DNA from: Candidatus Daviesbacteria bacterium
Lineage (GTDB): Bacteria; Patescibacteriota; Microgenomatia; Daviesbacterales; UBA10151
Direction of reading: 5' to 3'
DNA length: 64,000 nucleotides
NCBI GenBank assembly: GCA_016184225.1
Contig: JACPDA010000004.1
Coordinates: 602,763-666,762, forward strand
The notes under the pieces are model-generated. The model searched no databases. It saw nothing but the letters and a program-made list of their open reading frames with translations, and was not told where the DNA came from. Positions 19,513-29,212 of this stretch are shown one piece after another. Every line of letters starts with the position of its first letter. Positions within the stretch are counted from its first letter, which is position 1. A program made the translations under genes and the position numbers.

Positions 19513-21270
19513 TTACTGGGAAAAGGGCAGCAGTTTCCAGAATTCAGCGGGGTGTAGGATAGCTGAAAGCAGATCAGGTTGCAATGTTCCAAAATCCAGA
19601 TCATTAACTCCTGTATAAACTTTTTGGTTTAAGGTTTTAGGTTTATAGAAAGGCTTTTCCAGGGAAAATTCAAAGGGATAATCAGGTAACAGATACCTGG
19701 CTTCTATCTCGCCGGAGATCCCTTGCTTATTTAAAGTAATGCTTTGTGCGCTTTCCCCGCTTACCCCCTTAACCTTCAGAGTGTAAGTACCTGTAAAGTC
19801 CCTCTTCCACCCCAGCGCGCCTATAATTTTTAAGATGACTGGTGATTTCACTTCAGTTGTAAAACGTAGCGGTTTGGATTCAAATTGTTTGCCCCCTATA
19901 AATAAATTTAAGGAGACTTCGTATGTTCCGCTTTCCGGGGCTTTTAATTTCAGGTTAAAAGTATGCTCTCCTCCCGGTTCTATTTTTTTGTCTTTTGGCA
20001 AGCTGACACTATCAATCCCCAGTTCACGGCCGCCTGCAAGGGGAACCAATTTTACCTGTTCTGCATCATTCCAAATGGATTGGCCCGTGTTTTTAAAAGT
20101 TAAGGAAATTATATAGGTTTCTCCCATTACTATAGAACTATATATTTCACCTTTTGTCAGACTTGCCTTTGTTTCCTGGAGCGGTTCTCCGGCCACCTTT
20201 GGCAAATCCATTATTGTTTGATACATGGAATAATACTCCGGATACTGAACACCTAAAATCCTGATATCGGGTAGTTTTTCCTTTTGTTTCTCTCCGGTTA
20301 TTTTCTTAAAAGAGAAATGATCAAAAGGAGCCTCCTGATAGCTTAGTAAGAAAGGGGTGACTGCAACAATTCTGTCAAGATTCCAGGCATTTTCAAAGGC
20401 TTTTTGCAAATTCACAGATACAGTATCAGCATCAGGTAATTTCGGATCGTAGTTAATTCCTTCCGCATGTTTCCAGCCGGTTTCGGTAATAAATATGGGT
20501 AGCTTTTTATTGACCCCAAGATTTTTGAGCTGCTCCATCTCCCAGACATAAGTCCTGACGGTTCCGCGGCCACTGGCATCAGGTGACCCGGCAAATTCCG
20601 GATTAGGATAAGAGTGTGATGTCCAACCGTCCAGCTTTTCGAAAATACCAGGCACGGCTTCCTCCATTAACCTCATAAAAGTGACCTGATCTTCGTACTT
20701 AGGCGCCTTCGGAGGAGCAGAGGCATCAAAACCGCCGTTGAGTACAAAAAAGTCTCTATTTTTGTTTTTTAGCGCTGTAATAGTCCGATCCAGCACTTTT
20801 GCATAATCTTTAGCGTCAACATTATTTCCCCATTCGCTGGCATGATTGGGTTCGTTATAAACAATTACATAACGGTTTTTAGTGGGCCAGATTAAGGCAT
20901 CTAAAAAATCAGCCCAAGCCTCCTCTTCCCCCTCGTAAGGCCTTTTCCAGTAGTTACCTTCCGGTTGGGTAGCTAACCTAACAATGGGGATTAAGTGCCG
21001 GCGGCGCAGGTCATTAAAAAACTCCTGCCATTTATTATGATCTCTGTCCTTACTCTCGACCAAAACTGTAATGTAGCCCCAGTCGCCGTGAGTATTAACG
21101 AGTGAAGCGGCAGGTGAAGATTCGTCGGGAGTAGCCTGGAGGATGTGAATACCGAAGCGGTTGTTCGGGACAGAAAGAGGATCGGTAATGGCATAGGTAG
21201 GGAACAGGGTACAGGGGACAGTGAACAGGAAAAACAAGAGCGCAATAATACTGTAACCTGTAACCTTCAA
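19513..21270 (-). CDS. secreted clan-A glycoside hydrolase with C-terminal Ig-like (NBR1-like) domain
   Basis: YNEPN acid/base, HSYP, ITETGW nucleophile, FKNTGQSIW Ig motif; start uncertain (TTG at 21270 or upstream). Confidence 0.75.
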   Translation of the reverse strand: MKVTGYSIIALLFFLFTVPCTLFPTYAITDPLSVPNNRFGIHILQATPDESSPAASLVNTHGDWGYITVLVESKDRDHNKWQEFFNDLRRRHLIPIVRLATQPEGNYWKRPYEGEEEAWADFLDALIWPTKNRYVIVYNEPNHASEWGNNVDAKDYAKVLDRTITALKNKNRDFFVLNGGFDASAPPKAPKYEDQVTFMRLMEEAVPGIFEKLDGWTSHSYPNPEFAGSPDASGRGTVRTYVWEMEQLKNLGVNKKLPIFITETGWKHAEGINYDPKLPDADTVSVNLQKAFENAWNLDRIVAVTPFLLSYQEAPFDHFSFKKITGEKQKEKLPDIRILGVQYPEYYSMYQTIMDLPKVAGEPLQETKASLTKGEIYSSIVMGETYIISLTFKNTGQSIWNDAEQVKLVPLAGGRELGIDSVSLPKDKKIEPGGEHTFNLKLKAPESGTYEVSLNLFIGGKQFESKPLRFTTEVKSPVILKIIGALGWKRDFTGTYTLKVKGVSGESAQSITLNKQGISGEIEARYLLPDYPFEFSLEKPFYKPKTLNQKVYTGVNDLDFGTLQPDLLSAILHPAEFWKLLPFSQ

Positions 21271-21313
21271 CCTGTAACCTCTCTCTTGACCTTTGGGTTT
21301 ATTTCGGGTAATA

Positions 21314-21565
21314 ATGGATATTATGTTAGAAATAGAGGAACCTATTAATGTTTGGGTCTTTTTTAAAAGTAACCTCATACAGCCTTACTCCTTTTTCTGG
21401 CACGGTAGAGAAATTAAAATAGATAAAATCAATTTAGTCCACACTTCCCGAAACGGTTCTTCGCTATTTTACCATTTTTCCGTAATGTCGGGAGGAAACT
21501 TTTACAGATTGAGGCTTGACACTAATAGAATGCGTTGGATACTGGAGGCAGTTGAAGAGGGATAG
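21314..21565 (+). CDS. small DUF6504-like protein upstream of dinB
   Basis: PYSFFWHGRE...YRLRLD...WILE pattern. Confidence 0.65.
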   Translation: MDIMLEIEEPINVWVFFKSNLIQPYSFFWHGREIKIDKINLVHTSRNGSSLFYHFSVMSGGNFYRLRLDTNRMRWILEAVEEG

Positions 21566-21637
21566 CTATCAGTCATCAGTCTTCAGCTCTCAGACTAAAA
21601 ATAAATCTGACGACTGAAAGCTGACAGCTGACGACTA
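21563..21637. repeat. heptamer-periodic inverted repeat (TCAGCTA / CTGACGA type)
   Basis: arms AGCTATCAGTCATCAGTCTTCAGCTCTCAGA and TCTGACGACTGAAAGCTGACAGCTGACGACT; same family inside gatD. Confidence 0.8.
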
Positions 21638-21639
21638 CT

Positions 21640-23097
21640 ATGCGAAGCATACTACATATTGACTTCAATTCTTATTTTGCTTCTGTTGAACAACAGGCAA
21701 ATCCCCGGCTGCGGGGTAAACCAATTGGTGTTACAGGTGGGGATAGGATGCACAGGACAGTTTTGGGTGCAGCTTCAATAGAAGCCAAAAGGTTTGGTGT
21801 TAAAACCGGGATGCAGATTTGGGAAGCCAGGAAGCTTTGTCCACAAATTATCCTGGTGCCAGGAGATTCGGATAAGTATTTGGAGATAACTAAACGCTTT
21901 TTAAGTATTTTAAAAGACTACAGCCCTGCCCGCATTGCTTCGTCCACCAGTAACGCTTCGCGTAACGATGCGGACTGGCAAAGCGATGCAGGCGGGCCAT
22001 ATTTGGAGGTTTTTTCTATTGATGAATGTTTTTTAGAATTGGTGAATACTTCAGTCGGCAGCCCCGCTCTCTTGCTCGCTAACGCAAGCGTCCTGCGGTC
22101 CGATATGGATCGGACCTCGGATACGCTCGTCTTCGACTCGTCTAGAGCTTGCTGCGTTCGGAGGCAGCCTCCTTCTGCTACAGAGATTGCTTTTGATATT
22201 AAAAGTAGAATCCGGACTGAAATAGGCGAATACATTACCTGTTCTATTGGCATCTCTTACAATAAACTGATGGCCAAACTGGCTGGATCTTTACAAAAGC
22301 CTGATGGTCTGGTAATCATTCCCAACCAGGAAGAGGCGATTAAAGTTTTAGACAAAATAGAACTGGATGAAATTTGCGGCATCGGGCCAAGGATTAAGAA
22401 AAGGTTAAACAACTTAGGAGTATTTAATTTTTACCAGCTAAGGCAAGTTCCTTTAGAAAGCTTACTGGCTGCCTTTAAAAGCTATGGTCAGATCCTTTAT
22501 AACATGGCCAGGGGTATTGACCATTCACCTGTAGTGCCTTTTTACCAAAAAGAAGAAGTAAAAAGTATCGGTCACAGACATACTATAGATCATGATACTG
22601 CCGACCCAAAAGAGATAAAACAAATTCTACTCAAACTGTCTGAGATGGTAGCCAGAAGACTCAGGGCTAAAAGATTGGTTGGCAAAACCATCCATTGCTG
22701 GTATCGGGAAGCATTCTACTCCCGATTCCACCTGGAAGGTGAAAAAATGCAGCTACACCTTCCAGGTGAGTTTAATGGTAACAGCATGCAAATGACTATT
22801 CTCTATACCAATGATGGTTTGGATATCTTTAAAGCTGCCTGGAAAATTTTTCATCAGATCTGGAATACGGAAAAAATTAGGATGGTTGGTATCTCCATCT
22901 CCAACCTTAAACCCCAAACCCCGCAAAATTTAAGTTTTTTGCCTGAAGAGCAAAGAAAAGAGATAATCACCAAAGCTTTGGATAAAATTAATGACAGATA
23001 CGGTGAATTTACCCTGCAACGCGGCATCCTGCTTCAATCTGCTTCCATCAAAAGAAAGCCCAACCCCTTCCTAGCTGACAGAAGATTCAGACTTTAG
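21640..23097 (+). CDS. dinB: Y-family DNA polymerase IV
   Basis: HIDFNSYFASVE, ASIEAKRFGV, SIDE, NKLMAKLA, KPDG and GIG motifs; three in-frame inserts. Confidence 0.93.
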   Translation: MRSILHIDFNSYFASVEQQANPRLRGKPIGVTGGDRMHRTVLGAASIEAKRFGVKTGMQIWEARKLCPQIILVPGDSDKYLEITKRFLSILKDYSPARIASSTSNASRNDADWQSDAGGPYLEVFSIDECFLELVNTSVGSPALLLANASVLRSDMDRTSDTLVFDSSRACCVRRQPPSATEIAFDIKSRIRTEIGEYITCSIGISYNKLMAKLAGSLQKPDGLVIIPNQEEAIKVLDKIELDEICGIGPRIKKRLNNLGVFNFYQLRQVPLESLLAAFKSYGQILYNMARGIDHSPVVPFYQKEEVKSIGHRHTIDHDTADPKEIKQILLKLSEMVARRLRAKRLVGKTIHCWYREAFYSRFHLEGEKMQLHLPGEFNGNSMQMTILYTNDGLDIFKAAWKIFHQIWNTEKIRMVGISISNLKPQTPQNLSFLPEEQRKEIITKALDKINDRYGEFTLQRGILLQSASIKRKPNPFLADRRFRL

Positions 23098-23114
23098 TGT
23101 GATATCATTAAACC

Positions 23115-24065
23115 ATGAGAATTATTGTTACCGGCGGAGCCGGATTTTTAGGTTCACACCTTTGCGACAAGTTAATTGAAAGAGGAGACCAGGTAATTGC
23201 CATAGACAACTTGTTAACCGGCAGTCCAAACAATATAGCCCATTTGCAAAACAGCCCTGACTTCCAGTTTATAGAAGCTGATGCTAACGCAGCTTTGCCC
23301 GAGGATCTGGATTTTGATCAACTTTACCACTTAGCTTCCCCTGCCTCCCCTAATAAAAATAACGCTCAAAGCTATATGGCTTTGCCTTTTGAAACCATGC
23401 AGGTAAATTCCTTTGGAACCTGGAGTCTGTGTGAAGAAGCCCTTGCCCGGGGGGCTAAGTTTCTATTTGCTTCTACCTCTGAAACTTACGGTGACCCCCT
23501 GGAACACCCTCAAAAAGAAAGCTATCGGGGCAATGTTTCTACCACCGGCCCCAGGTCTGTTTATGATGAATCCAAAAGATTCGGCGAAACTATCACTTCT
23601 GCTTTTATCCGCCATCAAAGGTTGGACGGCAAGATGGTCCGGATTTTTAACACCTATGGACCCAGGATGTCTTCTGACGGCAGGGTGGTGATTGAATTTG
23701 TTCGGGCAGCCCTACAAAATAAGCGCTTCCCTGTATTTGGTGACGGCAAACAAACCAGATCTTTCTGCTATGTGTCTGACTTGGTAGACGGGATCATAAC
23801 CGTTATGGATAAGGGTGAGAAAGGTGAGGTATACAACCTGGGAAACCCCAAAGAATTTACAATTTTGGAACTGGCTGAGGTTGTAAAAAAGCTAACAGGG
23901 GCGAATTCGGAAGCTGAATTTGTGGAGAACTTGCCGGAGGATGACCCGGCCCGGCGCTGCCCAGATATTACTAAAGCCAGAGGATTGGGCTGGGAGCCTA
24001 AAATAGGGCTGGAAGAGGGTTTAAAGAAATTAATTGTACATCTGCAAACAATGAAGACACCCTAG
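23115..24065 (+). CDS. UDP-glucuronate decarboxylase-like NAD-dependent epimerase/dehydratase
   Basis: TGGAGFLGSH, HLASPASP, STSETYG, YDESK and RIFNTYGP motifs. Confidence 0.92.
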   Translation: MRIIVTGGAGFLGSHLCDKLIERGDQVIAIDNLLTGSPNNIAHLQNSPDFQFIEADANAALPEDLDFDQLYHLASPASPNKNNAQSYMALPFETMQVNSFGTWSLCEEALARGAKFLFASTSETYGDPLEHPQKESYRGNVSTTGPRSVYDESKRFGETITSAFIRHQRLDGKMVRIFNTYGPRMSSDGRVVIEFVRAALQNKRFPVFGDGKQTRSFCYVSDLVDGIITVMDKGEKGEVYNLGNPKEFTILELAEVVKKLTGANSEAEFVENLPEDDPARRCPDITKARGLGWEPKIGLEEGLKKLIVHLQTMKTP

Positions 24066-24189
24066 GTGACTGCCTAATCCACCCCCCAGGTGAATTTTGC
24101 TAAATAGATCTCAAATTGATAGAATACTCACAGTTGCACATTGACATCTGAACTGGCAAATAATGTATACTAATTGCATAGGTCTTAAT

Positions 24190-24909
24190 ATGAGAGTTAG
24201 GTTAAATGAAAGAATATTGGCACGGCAACTGAGGGAACAAGGACTCAGTTTTAGTGAAATCATGCAAAAAATTCCAAATCTTTCTAAAGGTACTCTTAAT
24301 GGATGGCTTAAAGGGGTTGAGTTATCTGAAAACCAAAAACAGAGATTATTTGCAAGGATTAAGGATGGAGCCACAAAAGGACGGCTTAAGGGAGCTTTTA
24401 CGAATCATCAAAGGAGGATGGAGATTACTTTTGAGATTATTAATAGTGCTAAGAAGGAAGTTGTAGAAAGAATTATGAATCCCCTTTTTACAATGGGAGT
24501 TATGCTTTATTGGGCAGAGGGGGATAAGTCTCAGGAACGGGTTGGTTTTACAAACGCTGACCCCACTATGATTCAGTTCATAATGAAATGGTTTAGGGAA
24601 GTTTGTGGAACGAGTGAAGAGAAGTTTAGGGTCGCCTTAAGTATTATGACTTTACACGACAAAAACGCATCAGAGAAATTTTGGTCAGAAATTACCGGAA
24701 TACCCTTAAGTAGGTTTAATAAAACACGGATTAAACAAACACTTCTAAGGGGTAAAAGAAACCCCTCTTATATGGGGACGTGTAGAATAGTTATTTCTGA
24801 TAAGAATTTATTCAGGAAGATAATGGGCTGGAAGATGGGAATTATAGAAAACTTTAAAATATTTGCCCCCGTGGCTCAACGGATAGAGCAAGTGAATTCT
24901 AATCACTAG
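24190..24909 (+). CDS. HTH plus LAGLIDADG-like domain protein overlapping tRNA-Arg
   Basis: N-terminal GLSFSEI...SKGTLNGW HTH; LYWAEGDK...VGFTNADP motif; stop lies inside the tRNA. Confidence 0.7.
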   Translation: MRVRLNERILARQLREQGLSFSEIMQKIPNLSKGTLNGWLKGVELSENQKQRLFARIKDGATKGRLKGAFTNHQRRMEITFEIINSAKKEVVERIMNPLFTMGVMLYWAEGDKSQERVGFTNADPTMIQFIMKWFREVCGTSEEKFRVALSIMTLHDKNASEKFWSEITGIPLSRFNKTRIKQTLLRGKRNPSYMGTCRIVISDKNLFRKIMGWKMGIIENFKIFAPVAQRIEQVNSNH

Positions 24910-24937
24910 GTTGGGGGTTCGAATCCCTCCGGGGGCG
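24865..24937 (+). tRNA. tRNA-Arg(TCT)
   Basis: GCCCCCG/CGGGGGC; AGTGA-ATTCTAA-TCACT; GGTTCGAATCC. Confidence 0.94.
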
Positions 24938-25056
24938 CACTACAAAAGGTTGGACTTGGAAATGAGTAACCACCTAGCGAAGCGGGGTTCGCTCTCCGCC
25001 GTAGGCGGAGCTTACTTGTTAAGATCCTTCCAGGCGCGCAGCGAAATTTGATTCCT

Positions 25057-25398
25057 ATGAAACCTGAGAAAATTATAGATGAAGCATGCATAGGTGATAT
25101 AGAGCAGGGTACCGTACCCTTACCTACCAAGAATTCGAAAAAACCTTTGATTATGGCAGTTGAGTTTGAGGAAACAATTGAAACTCCGGATCAACTATTC
25201 AAAGGCTTTAAGAGACTTCGGTTAACGGAATGGTTTAAAAGGCTAAAATCAAACAAGCAAAGAGTAGTTCCGTTAATGCCGCATAAAAAAAGTACTTTGT
25301 TGGTTATAGGAATTGGTACGGTTTTTGCAATTGGTATGGCGTACAAAGGCTATAGAAATTACAAGGATAAGCATAATCCGCAAAAAAAACTAAAATAA
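25057..25398 (+). CDS. hypothetical protein with C-terminal TM anchor
   Basis: ORF lies between the tRNA-Arg 3' direct repeats. Confidence 0.5.
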   Translation: MKPEKIIDEACIGDIEQGTVPLPTKNSKKPLIMAVEFEETIETPDQLFKGFKRLRLTEWFKRLKSNKQRVVPLMPHKKSTLLVIGIGTVFAIGMAYKGYRNYKDKHNPQKKLK

Positions 25399-25485
25399 TC
25401 CCACAAGTTTACCGTCTTTATCAATATCAACCCTTTTCCCTGCAGGAGAAGAGGGAAAAACCCGGTATAGTCCGCATTTCACCCA
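25390..25485 (-). pseudogene. remnant of an fhs 3' end
   Basis: about 80% identical by eye to 26256-26350; encodes PSSPAGKRVDIDKDGKLVGLF* with a 1-nt indel upstream. Confidence 0.85.
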
Positions 25486-25537
25486 TCTAAAGTCCTGATT
25501 ACATGATTACACCCTTGGGGTGTAATCCTAGCATTTG

Positions 25538-25554
25538 ATCCCTCCGGGGGCGCA
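25538..25554 (+). repeat. att-like duplicate of the tRNA-Arg(TCT) 3' end
   Basis: ATCCCTCCGGGGGCGCA identical to 24923-24939. Confidence 0.85.
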
Positions 25555-25636
25555 GATTTTGGGTTCTAAGAAAGGGTGTCAACCTAATACACCCTCCGGG
25601 TGTAAAGCTGTAAAGCTACATCAGCCGATCTTATAT

Positions 25637-25975
25637 TTACCTGTATTGGGTCCTCCACGGATAAAGCTTGATCCAGGCTGCCAGTATTGTGGCCAGGCCT
25701 ATTATCACTAAAGCCCATAAAGCAGAGGCGAGAGTACTAAAGCCCAGTGCAAAAGGAGCCAGCACCGCCCCCACACCCGCTGCGCCGATTACCCAGTATT
25801 CCCATCTTTCCTTATCTGCCGCAATTCCCTCAAGGATAGAAGCCACGATCAAAACTGCCCCCACAATTAGGCTAGCCCAAAGGGCAGCTGAATTAGTGCT
25901 ATAACCAAACATGTATGGAGAAACTATTGATATTAACCCCAGAAATCCGGTTAATAAATACATACCGTTTTTCAC
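25637..25975 (-). CDS. SPW-repeat membrane protein
   Basis: SPYMFGYS and APFALGFS repeats, 4 TM; SD GGAG. Confidence 0.8.
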   Translation of the reverse strand: MKNGMYLLTGFLGLISIVSPYMFGYSTNSAALWASLIVGAVLIVASILEGIAADKERWEYWVIGAAGVGAVLAPFALGFSTLASALWALVIIGLATILAAWIKLYPWRTQYR

Positions 25976-26255
25976 CTCCTGCTTGCTTGACTAAACCTTA
26001 ACCCTTTGGCAGGAATTTTTCAGTGAGATGCATTACATTGTAACCAAGATTACTGAAAAGATACCTTTTTAGATATATAAATGAAACTATGAAGAAAGTT
26101 ATTAAAGAATCAATCAGGAATTCCATATTCGGGGCATTATTTACCCTCTGGACAGCTCCTATAGATGACCCAAAAATGGATATATCGCGGGTTAAAAAAC
26201 AGCATAGGATGACCAGTAATTGGTTTCCTAATGATTTAATTATCGGCCACAGACC

Positions 26256-27944
26256 CTAAAAAAGTCCCACAATTTTACCGTTTGAATCAATATCCACCTT
26301 CTCGCCGGCAGGAGAAGAGGGAAGCCCCGGCATAGTCCGCATCTCACCCAAAAGGGGATAGAGAAAGCCTGCACCGGCGGAAAGGCGCACATCCCGGATC
26401 GGAACCGTAAAACCCCTTGGCCTGCCCTTTAGGTTTTTATCATGGGAAAGCGACTCATGGGTCTTGGCCATGCAGATAGGCAAATCAGCATAACCCATTT
26501 CCGTGTACACCCTGATTGCCTTCTCAGCAGCCGGCAGGTAGGTTACCCCATCTGCCCCATAAATCTTTTTGGCGATGGTTTCTATTTTTTCCTTGATCGG
26601 CAGATCCAAGGGATAGAGGAATTTAAAATGGCTGGGCTTTTCGCAGGCTTTTACCACAGCTTTGGCCATTTCAATCCCGCCGCTACCGCCTTTGGCGTGA
26701 ATATCGCTGACACAAGCCGACACGGCGCCTGCTTTAAGGGATACTTCTTTAATAAGTTTGATTTCGGCATCAGTATCAGAAGCAAAGCGGTTGATGGCTA
26801 CCACCACCGGTACCCCGAAATAGCGCATGTTTTCAATCTGCTTTTCCAGGTTTTCCGAACCTTTCTTGACTGCTTTCAGGTTTTCTTTAGTCAGTCCCGG
26901 GTCCAACGGCTTTCCGGCTATCACCTTAAATCTTCCGCTGTGCATTTTCAAGGCCCGGACGGTAGCAACGATTACTACTGCATCAGGAACTAAACCGCTG
27001 GCCCGGCACTTGATATCCATAAACTTTTCCGCCCCTAAATCAGCCCCGAAGCCGCTTTCTGTCACCACAAAATCTGCCAGCTTTAAGGCAATTTTATCTG
27101 CCAGGATCGAGCTGTTGCCGTGGGCAATGTTGGCAAAAGGGCCGCAGTGGACAAAGGCCGGGGTATTTTCCAAAGTCTGCATCAGGTTCGGCTTAATGGC
27201 ATCTTTTAATAGTACAGTCATTGCACCTGCCACTTTTAAATCTTCCGCTGTCACCGGCTGCCCGTCCCTAGTGGTAGCCACTACCATCTTCCCCAGGCGC
27301 TCTCGCAGGTCTTTTAACCCGGAAGTTAAAGCCAGGATAGCCATTACCTCCGATGCCACAGTAATGTCATATCCGGTTTCCCGAAGCATGCCCTCTTTGT
27401 TTAAACCGATGATGATGTGACGAAGGGCCCTGTCAGACACATCTACCACCCTGCGGAAGCTAACCGCCTGCGGGTCAATATTTAGCTTGTTGCCGTGAAA
27501 GATATGGTTGTCAATAAAGGCGGCCAAAAGATTGTGGGCCAGCCCTATGGCATGGATATCGCCTGTTAGGTGCAGGTTAAAGTCCTCCATGGGGACGATC
27601 TGGGAATAACCGCCTCCGGCAGCTCCGCCTTTGATGCCAAAGACCGGGCCTAAAGACGGCTGGCGGATACAAATAATGGCTCTTTTGCCGATTTTTTTCA
27701 AAGCCTGGCCTAAGCCAACTGTGGTAGTGGTCTTGCCTTCTCCCAGCGGGGTGGGGGTGATGGCCGTCACATCAATATATTTGCCGTTTGGCCTCCCTTT
27801 TAACCTTTTTAAAACATCCAGGGAAACTTTTGCTTTGTATTTGCCGTAAACTTCTATTTCCTCATCCAGTAATCCCGCTTCGGCGGCTACGGCGGTAATT
27901 GGTTTGAGCTTACTTGCCTGGGCTATTTTAAGGTCACTTAACAT
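26256..27944 (-). CDS. fhs: formate-tetrahydrofolate ligase
   Basis: [34 protein letters not shown] and MRTMPGL motifs. Confidence 0.97.
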   Translation of the reverse strand: MLSDLKIAQASKLKPITAVAAEAGLLDEEIEVYGKYKAKVSLDVLKRLKGRPNGKYIDVTAITPTPLGEGKTTTTVGLGQALKKIGKRAIICIRQPSLGPVFGIKGGAAGGGYSQIVPMEDFNLHLTGDIHAIGLAHNLLAAFIDNHIFHGNKLNIDPQAVSFRRVVDVSDRALRHIIIGLNKEGMLRETGYDITVASEVMAILALTSGLKDLRERLGKMVVATTRDGQPVTAEDLKVAGAMTVLLKDAIKPNLMQTLENTPAFVHCGPFANIAHGNSSILADKIALKLADFVVTESGFGADLGAEKFMDIKCRASGLVPDAVVIVATVRALKMHSGRFKVIAGKPLDPGLTKENLKAVKKGSENLEKQIENMRYFGVPVVVAINRFASDTDAEIKLIKEVSLKAGAVSACVSDIHAKGGSGGIEMAKAVVKACEKPSHFKFLYPLDLPIKEKIETIAKKIYGADGVTYLPAAEKAIRVYTEMGYADLPICMAKTHESLSHDKNLKGRPRGFTVPIRDVRLSAGAGFLYPLLGEMRTMPGLPSSPAGEKVDIDSNGKIVGLF

Positions 27945-28037
27945 AAGGCCTAAGTATATCAGTTCATGGCAACCTCCGCTTGACCCCGATTAAATCGGGG
28001 TTGACATAATAAGCTACCTTTGATAAAGTAGAAAATA

Positions 28038-28751
28038 ATGTCCCAGTCTCTTGTTAGAAAAGCCTCCGCAGTTTTAGTTGGTTTATCAATCCTGGCTACC
28101 GGTATTTCCCCGGCCATCGCCCTGGATTCAACTGCCTCAGCCCCGATTAAATCGGGACCGGCAGTCAGGCCTGTCCTTAAAAAAGAAGCCACACAAAAAA
28201 TAGAGACCCGCCGGGAAGACGTGGAAGCTAAAGTAGCAGCAGCCAGGGACAAAATAGCCTCTCGGGCAGCCGCCTTAAAGACCAGGCTGCAGGCTTTCAA
28301 GGATCAGAAAAAAGCCCAAATAACGGAAAGGGTCAATACCAATCTAAACAATATCAACCAAAGCCAGACAACTAAGATGCAAAAACACCTGGATAAAATG
28401 TCTGAGATTCTAAATAAGCTGGAAGCCAGGGTAAACCAAAATAAGCCGGATATAAAAGACCCGGCTAAAGCAGAGGAGGCAATAGCTTCTGCCAGGGCCA
28501 CCATTGCTACAGCTTCTGCTGCCGTCTCCGCCCAAGCCTTAAAGGATTACACCATCTCAGTCAGCTCGGAGAGCAGGGTCAGGCTGGATGCCAAGCTGCA
28601 AAGGGATAAGATGCACACAGACCTTCGGACCGTCAGGAAAGCTGTTATAGATGCAAAGCAGGCAGTGGCAAATGCAATAAGGGTTGCCAAATCAGGTAAA
28701 GTTGAGATTCCTGGAATAGGGAAGGAGGGAACCGAAAGTGGACAACAGTAA
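28038..28751 (+). CDS. secreted coiled-coil protein
   Basis: signal peptide, Ala/Lys-rich helices. Confidence 0.7.
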   Translation: MSQSLVRKASAVLVGLSILATGISPAIALDSTASAPIKSGPAVRPVLKKEATQKIETRREDVEAKVAAARDKIASRAAALKTRLQAFKDQKKAQITERVNTNLNNINQSQTTKMQKHLDKMSEILNKLEARVNQNKPDIKDPAKAEEAIASARATIATASAAVSAQALKDYTISVSSESRVRLDAKLQRDKMHTDLRTVRKAVIDAKQAVANAIRVAKSGKVEIPGIGKEGTESGQQ

Positions 28752-29073
28752 CCCGGCGCCACAGACTCCTACAGCAAATACGCCCCCAGAGCCATCAATA
28801 CCAACACCTATCGTACCGGAAGAATCCAACAATATGGTTGTGTGGCTGGTAGTAGGGTTGGTGGGAATAATTGTCATTGTCGGGGTTATATATTTTCTCC
28901 TAAGCAGTCGCCAGGCAGCTATAAATACGTCAAAAACTGAACAGCCGGTAGTCCAGGTTAGCCCGGAGCCGCCTGATACAGTTGATGCTCTGGAAAGAGA
29001 CCTAAATGCCTTAGAAGTATCAGATTCAGACAGTGATTTTACTTCAATAGATCAAGACCTGGAACAGCTTTAG
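28738..29073 (+). CDS. single-TM hypothetical protein
   Basis: Pro-rich N-terminus, TM, acidic tail ending IDQDLEQL. Confidence 0.7.
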   Translation: MDNSNPAPQTPTANTPPEPSIPTPIVPEESNNMVVWLVVGLVGIIVIVGVIYFLLSSRQAAINTSKTEQPVVQVSPEPPDTVDALERDLNALEVSDSDSDFTSIDQDLEQL

Positions 29074-29115
29074 GAGCTGACCCGGTGATATTACTTTACA
29101 TACTACAAAGCTGTG

Positions 29116-29187
29116 AGCGGGATAGGGGACTCGAACCCCTGACATCCTGCTTGGAAAGCAGACGTTCTACCACTGAACTAATCCCGC
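29116..29187 (-). tRNA. tRNA-Gly(TCC)
   Basis: GCGGGAT/ATCCCGC; TCTGC-TTTCCAA-GCAGG. Confidence 0.94.
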
Positions 29188-29212
29188 TAGATAATGGGAT
29201 TATATCAGAATA

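Noticed and set aside
21923-22181. Intein in DinB
   Set aside because: The inserts are too short and lack the C/S...HN-C/S/T splice motifs; the DNA is palindromic instead.
26442-27849. Long antisense ORFs inside fhs (and similar ones in typA, tkt, the S41 gene and others)
   Set aside because: Shadow ORFs opposite well-conserved genes, with no motifs of their own.
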